64,000 nt of DNA from Lingula anatina (lineage: Eukaryota; Animalia; Brachiopoda): assembly GCA_051362555.1 (NCBI GenBank), contig CM120640.1, positions 52,368,788-52,432,787 of the forward strand, in the 5' to 3' direction. A model generated the notes under the pieces. The model was not told the origin of the DNA. It ran no database searches and saw only the letters and a list, made by a program, of their open reading frames with translations. The translations under genes were made by a program, and so were the position numbers. This document shows, piece by piece, positions 25,201 through 38,600 of the stretch. How positions within the stretch are numbered: the first letter of the stretch is position 1; every line of letters starts with the position of its first letter.

Positions 25201-28200
25201 GAAAGGAAATCGAGGTGTAACTTGATGTAATAGGATAATACTAAGTGCAGCTAAGCAAACAGAATGTCATCAAACAGCCATGATGGTGGTCTTCTAACAA
25301 ACTTTCCATCTTTGGAAAAAGCAATGCACAGTATGATTTAGGATAATAATAATAATATATTGTGTTGATAGCTATCAGTAAGTTTTATATTTCATAAACT
25401 TTGCCTATAATATTAATGAGAAATTCAAAAATATATTTGTCAAAGGGAAAGTGGCATTTTTCTTCTTCAATTACTTAAAAAATAATATTTGGTTTGGCTA
25501 AAAAGAATAGCCAATTTGAAAAGAATTGTTAGAATGAGTCAAGATAGTTATATCTTTCAAGACAAATTCATTTCAAGAGTGTTGATTCTTAAATCTTTAG
25601 ACTATGATAACAAGTATTGCATTGGATAGAAACAAAATACATTACCAAATTACAGAAATATTATACCTGTAGCAAATGGTGGAATCATATATTACAGGAT
25701 AACAAACATTTTCGGTTGAAATAATGTTTTCCATTGTCCTTCATAACAGATATACCTGCTATCAGTTGTATTTTTTTTGTATAATAACATTAAAAGTAAT
25801 ATTGGATATACCCCTAGATAAACTATCCTTCTGGTTTGATTAAGCTTTAAAATGAAGGACAAGTTGCAACCTAATTTTGTAAAACCTATATTACTGTATA
25901 ACGTGCGTGAATTCTGAAATGAGAAGAATTTATGAATAATAAGTTGTATAAATTTAAAATATGAATTTGACAAGCATGTAGGTGCATTTTGACTGGCACG
26001 ACACGCCCAAATCTAATTAAAGAGAGCAAATTGGAGAAATATGGCAGACTGGCTTAACATGCTTTTGTATTTTTTCTTGTATATTTTGGATGTTTTTAAT
26101 TTCCTTTTGTTATCCAATTATATTCAATCATTGGAGTAATCTGTCACAACTAATTTGACCAATAAAAAAAAGAAAACAAAGAACTTCGAATGCCATAATG
26201 TGTGCTGGTATGGGTGTCATGTCAGACCACTGATCAGTTTGCCATTTCCAAATTTGAAAAAATAAGTGAACGAAAACAAAAAAAGTATGAATCAATCTCA
26301 ATTGTCTGAAAAATAAGAATATTTCCATCACGTGATGCCCCAATAATGAGCCTATTGTGTAATGGGAATAAACAATCTGTGCTGAAGTCAGACATTTTTT
26401 ATGTGTGTGTTGAAAGCTTTTGTTCTCCCACTGTATATGATACTGTAGTCACACTGGGAGGGTGCATAGTTGCCTTCTAACCTGACCCTCATTTGTCTAC
26501 ATTCTAATTCAGAGCAGGAACAAATAAAGTTCACTGGCAGTGTAACCAGACATTAAAATTTAATTAGTACCAGTTTTCTTCAGTCCAGGGTCATGAACAG
26601 TGTTGATGCTATTCATAACTTATGGATTTTTGCTATTTAATTTTTTTTTCATCCACTGTGCAGAAAGCCATATACTGGACTCACATAGCATGGTAGATAT
26701 TTGTTGTTATTTCTTGAAAAAAGTTTACAGGGTGGAAAATGAGCTGCTTGTGCTTGCTTGTTAAGAGATATCTTAAATAAGTAGCTATTAGATGTTGGAA
26801 CAAAAGTGACGGCCCCACAATCTGATGAAATCGTATTTGCATTTCTTTTACATTAACAGTCTGTTCAGTCATAAACTCAAAACATGTAGTAATGCTTTGT
26901 CATAGACACAGTAAAACCCTTTAGATGTTTTACATCATTTCAACCTAAACACAACACTTACAATTTCTATATACCCAGTAATACTGTCTGTGTTTTATGT
27001 TTGTAGTTGGAGAATTCAACCATGCATCAGAGTGTGCAGGCACCTACCTCCTTTTTAAGCCTGGAGATGAAACCATGGAAGCTAATAAAGATGCCTACCT
27101 CAGACTGAAAGGGATTGGACCTATGAGCTTTACTCCTAGAGAGGTATTTTTCTCTCCCTTGCTGGGTGTGTTAACAGTTATGAGTAGTTGTTTATGTAAC
27201 TTTTTGAATGTCATATCTAGATAGGAAGAGGTAATGTTGAAAGTAATTCAGTGATGGATTTTTCTTAGTTTTTGTTAAATTTTTTTGTTGTCTTGCAAGA
27301 AGTGCATTGATTATTTTCTTCCACTTCCACAATAAAATATGTATCCACGTAATTAAGCTTTATTTTATAGTCATCATTACATATGAATGTGCAACACCTG
27401 TGGGCTGTGCCCATAGGGCAGGTGATAATTAGGTCATCCTGGATAATTTTGGGTCATTAGAGTCAGTAAGTGCTATATTGATTATGATTAAAGTATCCCA
27501 AAGAGGCCTCCTTACCCATTGCTTAGTTTACATATACAACCGTATTCTGAATCTGAATCAACTCAAAACCAAATTAATCTGTTCACATTACAGAGACTTG
27601 AGAACAACTATGTTGCTCACCATAAAATGGTCTTTTAAACAGCACATGGTGGGTGTAGAAGATTAATAAGAATCACACCACTGAGCTTGATTTATGAAAA
27701 TATTTGTAGAATTAAGTACCCTCAATGCTGTCATTTTATCTTGCCAATATGAACATACCTCTGAAAACTCGATGCCCAGTTAACTGTTGGGCCAACAGAT
27801 TATCCAGTTCCTGTTCAGAGAACCAAATTGAATGAACAGCTATGTTTATATTGACACCATATCTTATAATGTTATCAGACTGGAGGTGGGTTATGAGTAC
27901 ATAAAATGGGCTGTTTCTTTACCTAGCTGGTAGTATTTTTGAAAAGTGCTTTAATTAGCCCCAGCCATTTCCTCCTTATAGTTTATGTTCTATCAGCAGA
28001 GGAAATCTGCATATCCTCATATATGACATTCAGTGGACTTTTAACTTAAACCACATGAATTGAAAAAAATATTACTGAAGACAGAAAAACAGTTCTTTGT
28101 TGTCAAATACATCCTGAGAAAAAGATGTGGGAATGTTCTCTGTAAATTTGTCTCTTCAAGATGGAATGATTATTTCCCAGTATGAAGAGTCTTTTCAAAC

Positions 28201-31200
28201 TTCCTGTTGTCAAGTATTAACTTATAAGTCGATGAGACGGAGTGAAGATTTATACTGATTACCTCTTAATAGAAATGAATAATTATGAGCGAGACTGGTG
28301 TTTTTGCCATTTCATAAAGCAATACATAACATTGCATTTTCATGTTGATAGGTTTTTAAGTATCATTACATTTTCTTACAATAAACTCTGATAAAAGTTT
28401 CAGCACCATTTTTGGGGTAGCATTGCCATTTAGACAACTATCTTCAGAACATTGTCCAGACATGATATGTAGTTGTGTTATTCACTTGTATAGTCTGTGT
28501 TTCAAGTGTATACACACTGGCACATTTGTAAATACTCTACACATGACAAAATCATATAACATCATTCATGCTGTGTGATTCTCTTTGATTTCTATAAAAA
28601 ATGGCTGAAATAAACCACAGCATGTGTGTGTGTGTGGTCGCTCAGATGAAAACAGTGGATAAATCATAAACTCAAATTAAATGTGACATGATCCTACATT
28701 TTTCGTGTGGTTTTGGTGGATTTAAACAAACAAATAAAGTTTGCTATATCTTTTCTGTAAACAAAAATGTTTATTCAAAATAATTTTTTGCAAAAGCCAA
28801 TCACTGGCAATTTTAAAATGTGATATTCTTAACATGAACTAAAATGAATTGCAAAAATAAATTATTATTGTTTTTGACTGATTGATTTTTTTATGACCTC
28901 AGTAGGATGGAACTAATATATATATTTGTGACTAATAACAACAATATCAGCCTAAGAAAATATTGTTATAAGGTTAGACTCCCAGGGTTAGAAGTTCATA
29001 TCCTGACACCAGGGTGCTAAAATGTATGTTGCCAGTTACTTCATGTGATGAATGAAGTTGTAAAGTAAAATGCCAGCAGCATACTTTAATCGATTACTGA
29101 CTAATTTTGCACTGACTTATGTAATACACCTGTTTAATGCAAGGAGCAGATGTCTTCATAAAAAGTGACAACTTTTTACAGAAATGCTGAGATTGGAGAA
29201 TACAAATGAATTTGGGTTAACATGAAAAAGGTATATGATTTATTAGCACTTTCACGTTATAAATATTACATTTTAGAAATTTAATGGAACTAATTCTTAA
29301 AGGACTTGTCTAAAATTAATGTGAAGTGTACATTGGTAGGTGCACCAACTTTTTTGTATCCAAACAGAAATATTGAAGTTCCTTGCAAAATTTTCTTTAG
29401 TCTTCAGTTGTTATCCATCTTATACTGGTGTGTGCATTTGGCAAAACACCTGTAAATGCCAATGAAGTGATCAAATGTCCATGGCACCTGTACTGACCAG
29501 TGAAAGACTGGCCAAAGGGCAGGTGGACACAGGTGGGCATCCCCTTTCTTAATGAAGACATTTAAGGGACAGCCCATCAAGATCATAAATGGGTCAGTGG
29601 GAGATTACAGTGGCCACACTGACCACACATCAGTTTTTAGATCCATGACAGCTTGCTCATAAAAGCTTTATACATTTGAGATTTACCTGTTTAGAAAAAG
29701 TAAATCAACTCATTTTCTGAAATTTAATGACAGCTTAAACCCTGTCAATGCTAGATGGTATATTAAATGAGACATTCCCTCCTTTACTGATTTGCATTTC
29801 CTTCTTCATTGAATTGATTAAATTTAAATGTAAGTTTCTGGGAATAAAGTTGTCATTTGTATCATAAGACATGTATCTGGTTTAAAAATAATCTGGATAA
29901 CAATATGTGAAATGGGCACTTGTGTAGTATTGATTTATTTATGAGAAGAGTGTCAGTGTCCTGAACCAGAACTAGTTTCAAAGGCAGTCTAATAGTTTTT
30001 ATCAGAACTGTTATATATGTATGCCTTACTCTGTTTACTCTTAAAGATGTATCTTAGTGGCATGCCTCAAAGTTGCATTATGTACACTAGTTTGGAACAT
30101 GTTCTCATGTCCTTGTTTTCCTTTTTTTTTTAGAGAAAATGTGATTTTAATCAAATTTTAAAAACCTTCCTTTATAAATATGCAGGCTCACTGTTACCAT
30201 AGTACATAGATAAAACTTTTGAAAGATTAATCTTTATTTTCATTATTTGATAAATTTAAAGAGACAAATTGATTCTTATATATCTTTTTTATTTTTGAAA
30301 ATCATCTTTGTTTTATAAATTCTTTTGTTCACAGATGGAAAACCCCAAGTGTCAGAGAGACCTAATGCATAATTTTTAAAGAGTCTTCCAAGTAAATAGT
30401 GCATTAAACTTGAAATGGTCAGACTGATGTCATCAGACAAACACCATTCAAGGAACCCTGTTGCACCTTAGAATTTTTTATCCAATATTATCGCTGTGGC
30501 CATTAGATTGTGGAGTAATTTTGGTAAAGATTAAGCCAGATCTGAGGTTGCTGTGTTGGTAGTGATGTACATGAGTGAGCAGTCAGTGTTCATATAAGTG
30601 AGCTCTTCTAAAAACTTATTGATTTGTCAGTTGCAATAATATATTGTTAATATCTCTGGAAATGATACCTTCAAAAGAAGTCATTGAACTTGAAAGTGGT
30701 GGAGGCTTTTTATCCAAACTATGGACTTAGTTGATAAATAGAAAAGTGAAGTGATGATTCCTCTTAGTAAGACATGAAGGGTTATGTCATGTGCAGAGAA
30801 AAAGTACCAATAAAACTCCCAGGCTACAGGCAGCTAATAGCAAGAGCCTGAGATTAGTCTTGAACCATGCTACTTGCATTAGAAAATTGTCCAGATAATG
30901 AAAAACATGACTTTGACTTTTTAATGTGAATAGTCAATGATGTATCTGCAAAATTAAAATAAAGATTATGCTATCTTATGCTCTTTGTGCTGAGGTGAAA
31001 TACCCATAAAACAGCCCACACTGCCTGCATGTGGTGAGATGAGACTCGCAGAGAGCTAAATATTAGTACTGACTCATCACTCAAGGACGTCTCTCCTAGA
31101 AATTGCTCTGGGAAATTGGTCTGGGAAATGTCAAGTCAGCAAGTCCCAAAGTGCAGGAAACTTCACATAATTGTTCTACTAATTCAGTGTAGTAATCTTT

Positions 31201-32582
31201 TGCTGGCACTGATAATGGATCTAGATGGTAGTTTTAATGCTATTATTATGTGATATAGTGGCACATTACTCTGCTACCATGTTCAAATGGATGTCAGTGA
31301 TATATTGCTAGGGTGTTTATTAGGTCTTTTATTTATGGTTTGATAAATGAGGAATGTATAAGATTTTAAAGTTTTCTTCTTTTCAAATATCTTTACAATG
31401 GTATCTAATTTTTTTTTTTTTTTAATTTGCCAGCAGATTAACAGTAAACTGTCTTACTCCACTTATTACGTTTGATTAAATGTTTATGGAAAGGAAAGCA
31501 AAAGAAAACATGGTTTTTACATTTTATGTGATTTTTATAACTTCATTTTCTAATCTTATTTCTGAAAATCCATAAACCAGATTATATCTTATCCATGAAT
31601 CATTAATACAAAATAAAGTAGCTCATGAAGATGAAATAAGTGTTGAGTCAGTGATTAAGTGAGCCTTTATCATTGTGCTAAATAGAAATGTGCAGACTGG
31701 CTGGAGATATATTTATGACCTTTGTCTAGTGTAATGTTTATTTTATCTAAGAAAACTTAATGGGCACAAAATCTTGCCATAGAACTACTGGTCATTATGA
31801 AGAATTCATTAAATGGTTGTTATGGCTTAAGATAAGTTGATGTGATTAATATAGATGGCTGGACTTTAACAGTGGTCATTAAACCAAAGTGCTAATCAAA
31901 AGTTGCTCTCAAGCAGAAAGATATTAACCCATCACATTCTAGATTTATGAAATTGACATGAATTCTGATCAGCTTAAGGTGGATTCACACAATGCCATGA
32001 TAGGATGATCATTACTTGGTAACAAGCATCAAACATTCCTTGTTATAATCAAGTTGGTAGCAATAATTGCACAGATGTATGACAGCTAAAATTTTTCTCA
32101 TTTGGCAGATATATATTTGATATAAAAAAGTAAGGTTGTATAATTGAAGGCCGACTCAATTACATTAAGAATTGGTAACATTTCTGCATCATATTCGGTC
32201 CTTGAGCCTAGAGTGATCATGGCTATAATAGAAGCCCAGAGAGGAGCAGATGTGACTGAACCCATGTCTAGAATTTCATGTCCAGTCTGGTATCAATTAC
32301 CCGATTCAGATTGCCTGTCTGGCTGAGGACATTATAATTAAGACTCATTTACACACTTGGGGAGGAGGGGCAAGGGGGGAGGGAGGGGAGGGGACAGTTG
32401 ATCATTAATCATTGTTAGGCAGTAAGCCATGGGTATGTAGCCATATATTGTATCCTGCATTGTAATGTTACATTATAGGTTCTGACATTTTCTGTACAGT
32501 CTTTTCTCATTAGTGGTGTTTTTGTGTCATTGATGGAATATTAAAAGATTGTTATTTTTCATTTTATTTTATTATTTTTATT

Positions 32583-32625
<43 letters not shown>

Positions 32626-35600
32626 TTATTATTATTTTTGTCTGATTTTTGTATTTGTTTATTATTTATTATATTGTCTTTTATTTTTGTTTGGTTTTGT
32701 CAATGAACAGGATGAGATGCAACTTTTATGGTTTAAAAATTCTGTTATGCTCTTGTTTTCAACAGATTCTGTCTATTTTCATAACATTACATTTATCTTG
32801 TTTTTATTATTTAGGATGCCCAGAAGCACTATGACCTGATAGCATTTGAAGCCCAACTTCTGAAGTACATAGATGAGCACTACATGTTTGACATAACTGA
32901 AGTCATTGATGATGTAAGTATTGATAAAAGAAATTCCTCCATGGAGATATGCAACAGGTCCTTCATAAGATAAAAAAGCACTTAAAGCAGACTTAAGTTT
33001 TAAAATTGTATCATATTATTTGCCTTTATCTTACTTCTGTTATTTTTATCATAGGGCATTGGATGTAGCCTGGATGTAGCAAGTTCAATATTTTGAATTG
33101 TATCCAAATATTTAATCATTAATAAAATTGTGTTCTGATTAAGCTTTATTTAGAGATAATTTCAGATTCCTATCCAGCCCTTCACACAAACACTGGAAAA
33201 AATACAAACTTCCCCTGACCTCGTGTGTGGTATCCAGCACACAGCCTAACCCTGGCATGTTTTATCATGGAGGAAAACCAATCATGAGTGATACAATCCT
33301 TGATTAATGGAATATAATAAAGATGTCACAGGGCAACCTAGAATAATGATCCCCAACCCATTACAATCATGAGTCCCCGTATAATAAATGTAGTAGCTGC
33401 AAGGCTATCTCTTATAGTTAATGTTGATTCTTTTGAAAGGGTGTCTCTGTCAAATTTACTTAGCTGATAACCTCTCTGTTGACAACTTTTTCCTGGCAAA
33501 TAACTACAGGGAAGGAACACTGGTGATTAAGATTGCAACAGTAACAAGAACCGTTGTCTCGTATTGTTGTTGTAAACCTGCACTAGTGTAGTCCAAATAT
33601 TGACTGTGATTAACGAAGAAATTTAGACATATGCCCAATGTCAACAACAACAGAAAAGAGAAAGGGTGGCCTACGGTTTCCCCTCATATTCAGCTCGTTA
33701 GAATACACATTTGGCTCAAAAAGAGAAAAAAATTGAAATATGTATGTTGCCTAAGTTTGTTTATATTAAGTTTGAGGTAATGCAGATGGAATGAATAGAA
33801 ACAGTTTGTTTAATAAATTATTTTTACTAATCTTTGCATGCTTATAACCAGTTTTCAAAAATGAATTAAAGAAAAGCAGAGTGAGAATTTAAAAGTCATT
33901 GAGCTGTTTTTATACAGACTGATCGAAAAAGTGAGAAAACATTTTTCTAAAAAAAGGTCCAGGAATGCTAATATTGAGATGGTACAATATGCAATGACAC
34001 TGAATGGAAAAAGGACAAGGTCATTTATTTCTAACTGCCCTTTTATTTTCCCAAAGGTCTTCAGTTCAATTAACTTTGCCTTTGTCATATTTAGATTAAA
34101 TGATGAACAGAAAAGCCATAATGAAGTCTAAAGGGATTCCAGTCCCATGTCAGTGAAGTTCATTCACTTTTGAAAAGGGAATAAATTAAAGGAAAATTAA
34201 CAATATTTTGGGTAACATTTCGAAAGGAGGTTTTCACTTCAAAAACATGATTTAATTGCATTTCCATGTATGCAAAGAAAGGTTACATTAATCCACATTA
34301 GATCACAAACTTAATCATATACCCCATTCACACTACAGTTGCAAAAATGCGCATTTCTATAATCCGAATTTTTCGTGAGGAATTCGATTCGGTATTGCGT
34401 TCACACACGCTAAGCGAAACCGAATTACATGTTGAAAATTTCAGGTTTAACTTCCTGTTTTGAACACTCGCGCATGCGCCGCACAGGAAATCTTAAAATA
34501 CCAACAAAAATTTGTGACGACAAATGCAACTCTGAAGACATTCCAGCATTCTTGAGAAGTATAAGATGGCAAAATAAGTTTGTTTCCTCATGTTGTAGTG
34601 AGTGGTGACCTCCAAATACGTTTGGTGCACTCGCTAAAGTAATAAACAAGCGTTCATAGATACCCGCACTTATCTGCACACATGCGCAGTTAGATCTGTA
34701 CAGGTGTCGATTCCGGTAAGTTATCCGGATCGCGCTTAGAAATCCACCTCGCTTGCAGGATTTTGAAAATGCGCATTACAAAAATCCTCTTGCGTTCACA
34801 CTACTGCATTTATTCGAATTGTGACCTAATTCGCAATTTATCCGGATAACTGAGCGTAGTGTGAACGGGGTAATAGATATTACATGCAAATAAGTAGACC
34901 TGAACTTGCTGTAGCTTTGACAAAGTGCATGGGTACCCAGCAGTACCAGGAAACCAGTGTTTTCTCATGTCACCTGTCCAGTCTGCTGCATGATATAAGG
35001 GGCATGTGAGCTTCCATGTTATCTTAAAAAGAGTGTTTCTAATCTGGTGTTGTAAAAGCTGTTAGATGTGACAAAACAAATAGTGCTTGATGTCCTAGCT
35101 GGAACACTTCCTGGTGTCCCCCCATGTAACAAAAGATCAACCATTTTTGAACTTGTGCAACAAAAATCTCATCAAGTGAGATAAATGAGATCATTCCATG
35201 GGGTGCAGATGTTTTTGCACATTGTTAGAATTGCTGTAGTAGAAGGAATGTGTTATCTGGTTTCCTTGTTCATTTTCTCTGTTTGACCAAGTAAAAACTA
35301 AGCTATAAATGTACTAGAAATATTCAGGAAATGTAAAGCAATCAAAATGCAATAAATGATACAAATTAGCAGGAGTTGCCTCTCATTGCATCATAAAATG
35401 AAAAGCAGTCAGCATACTAAATGGTGAAAAAACAAGGTGGCATATGAAATATGCTTCAAAACTCATTAGAATGTAAAAAGGTCAGCCAGACATGACATAG
35501 TTTCTGAGTAAGTTGTCAACATTGCTGCTATATGGTTTTATATGAAGAACATGTAATCAAAACATTTCATTTTGCTAATGGCATTGTTCTTTGCACCACA

Positions 35601-38600
35601 CTATAGACTGTTAAGCTAAAGAATTGAGCTTAGTAATCATTGCCATTCTGCATGTTTTGCCCAAGGTGTCATGTAGAAGTAACAACTCTATAGCACAGTC
35701 ATGAAATGTTCAACCATGGATTGTTTTATGTGTTCTTTGCCTGGATATGAAGTCTTCATGCATTTCATTTGGCTATGCAGGCTCGCATGCTGACACTTTA
35801 CAACTGCTTGCACATGAATCCTAAAGTAGACACGTAGGCATGCATTTAGCATGAAAGACAGGCTTGTATGCATATCACAGCATATGCACATATAGTACAA
35901 GGTTAAAGAGGCTTGCAAGCATATATGTGCATTTTTGTATAGATGTTTTGTAAAAATGGCATAGCTCAGGGAAATGGCCTTCTAGGCTATGAGACAGCCA
36001 CTTTTTTAAATACTGAAAAAAATGAGGACAAATAGAAAGCCTGATTACAGTATCATACCAATAAGATTTGCATCTTCAAATCCTGATAAGACTCCTGTAT
36101 TGATAAGAGCAACCTAAACCATGGGAAATAATTGTGTTAAAAAAACTGCATCGGTCTTTACAAAAAGGCTTTGTGACTCTTCTCGCAAACTGCTAATGGA
36201 TAGATTCATATCTGCTCACAGACTATGCAGGAAACGATAGTTGATCTTGTTGATGTTAATGTTGTCGTCAGTGGCAACTATTTTGAATAATGCAAATGAT
36301 GGATGTCTTGTAAAATATACTGTAATGATACTGTTAATGCTTCTGATTTGATTTTATGTGTATTATAGAAAAGATGGCTCCTTGCTTACATGCATCTTGT
36401 TCCATAATTACAGCGCACTTAGTCACCCAGTCGGGGGAGGAGAGAACATTTAGGTATAAAGCAAAGTAGTTTTTAACTAAAATAAACTTGTCCTTTTACA
36501 CAGTTTTGTTTTTGTATCAGGCAGCACCAGTGGAGACTACCAGGGTGCCAGATGAAACAGGTCACACCCCTGCAATATAGATCTCCTTTTAAAGTATCAC
36601 CTTTCCTCCTTGTCCCATACTATATATGCTCTTCAAAACACATCTAGATTTTTTTCCATTCCATCTCCCTCTTAGCTTATTTCAGCATCACAGATGATAT
36701 GTTGAAAGAAGAAGACAAATAAACTTAACCTGCTGTAACCTCAGTTCAAATGTATCTTGACCTGATCCACGCTAGCCTCTTCCTTGGTGAACCATTTACA
36801 CACAGTCTTTTAGTTGCTTTTCATAAATGATAACAAAGCAAATATTGGAACATTAGGGTCGTTATGAGAAATGTTGTTGTGTAAATGTTACTTTCTTGTT
36901 GACCCAAACCATATTGGTCCCTTGGAATGAGTTGAACTAAGTGATAGAATAATTGTTACTTGCAAACAACTGAAAAAAGATGTTGGCTTTCTAAACACTT
37001 CAGGACTATGTTACTTGTTGCTTAGATTCTTGATACCCTGTCACAAAACACTGAGAAACTAAGTTAAGATTTATTGACCAATAAAAATCCAAATATGTAT
37101 TATTTTTACAAATTTAACATAATGTTCCACCATGAGTATGTTTGAAACTCTTGAAGGCAGTATTGCAGAGAATGTATGAAGAACTTTTATCCTCAGAATT
37201 TATTTCAGTTAGACATTAATTAAACTTTTTTGTCACATAAAAAAATCCAATGTGTAAAGCAATCAAATATGACAATAGGTTACGTTGAAAAATTACATAT
37301 CCCTGATTTAAAATGCCTCTGTGTGTGTGTGTACATCTTCACAGCAGAATAGATTATTCTTTGAAAGTTAAATCACTAAAGTGATGAAATTATCTTAATT
37401 GAACTAATTTATTGTAGGATACAGATTTAATAAAACCAGACTAAACGGAGAAGGTATAAGGAACTACTTGAACCCAAAATACATGATGGTTGTTTATCTC
37501 TACTGGTCATGCAGAAAAAAGGTTTGAAAAAATAACAGGAGTGAAAAAATACCACATTGTTTGTTGGTGCTCAGCAGAGCAGAATATCTAGTCATTCATC
37601 ACATTGGGCATGGCTAGTGACAGTGGGGTGCTCAGTAAGAAGAATGGGAGTTTTTTTCCTAATTGATACAAATTCATTGTTCTGGGTACATACTAATCAT
37701 TGAAACTGAAGCAAACACATCATGATTGATGCTAATGTGTTGGTTGTTCTTCAGTGCAGTGTTCAGGACACAAATTGCCTGAGTAGCAAGCTTTTCTGCT
37801 CATACAATTTACTCAATTATCAGCGCCATTGATCCAGCTTGTCTTCTTTTGCTTTCATTTTCATACATTCATTGGTACTTTCATACAATTAATTCTACAG
37901 TCTTCAGTGATTCATATTAAAATTAAATCCATATTCTATCTAAAACTAGTGTTGTCCTGTTTAAAATGCTTTTATTTTGCAAACAAATAATAGATTTTCC
38001 TGGTGGAATCATGGCATGAATACAAATGTTAGAAATCATTCATATTGAAACAGCATCTATTTTTTTTAGCCAATCTTGTCTGCTGCAGAAATAAAATGCA
38101 CCCATTAAAATGAATAGAATAAATTTTCTCTTCCTAGGATATAATAGTAAATATTAAAATAAAATTACTATGAACTTAGTAAAGAATTTTAATGATTTTT
38201 TTTCCTTTCGTTTGCTTTCAAAATATAAATCTGGACTTATGGACAGTAATCTGTAGCACAACGAACAACAAAATTCACGTTGTATGATATAATACATATA
38301 AAAACTTTAAAAGTATTACATGGGGCATTTAAATTTTTTCTCAGTATAGAACAATGCAAAGAGCAATTATTGCAAAAATGAACCATCATAGGATATCAGC
38401 CTTATAATGGTATTCCAGTATCATTAATGTAATAAAAAGAACAGCTAGTGCAAAAAGCTTGATTTTACCAAAGGTTATATTGTGGATGATAGGCCATGTT
38501 TATTATACAAAGGTAACATTATGCAGGCTCCTGTGCACCAGGTCTACCCCACCATTGATGAGATAGGCTATTATATTTTGATTGATCACCATTAGATTTT

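Noticed and set aside
32549-32839. Hydrophobic F/Y/I/L-rich ORF as a membrane protein
   Set aside because: It is a translation of the (TTTA)n tract. The real exon starts at 32815 in another frame.
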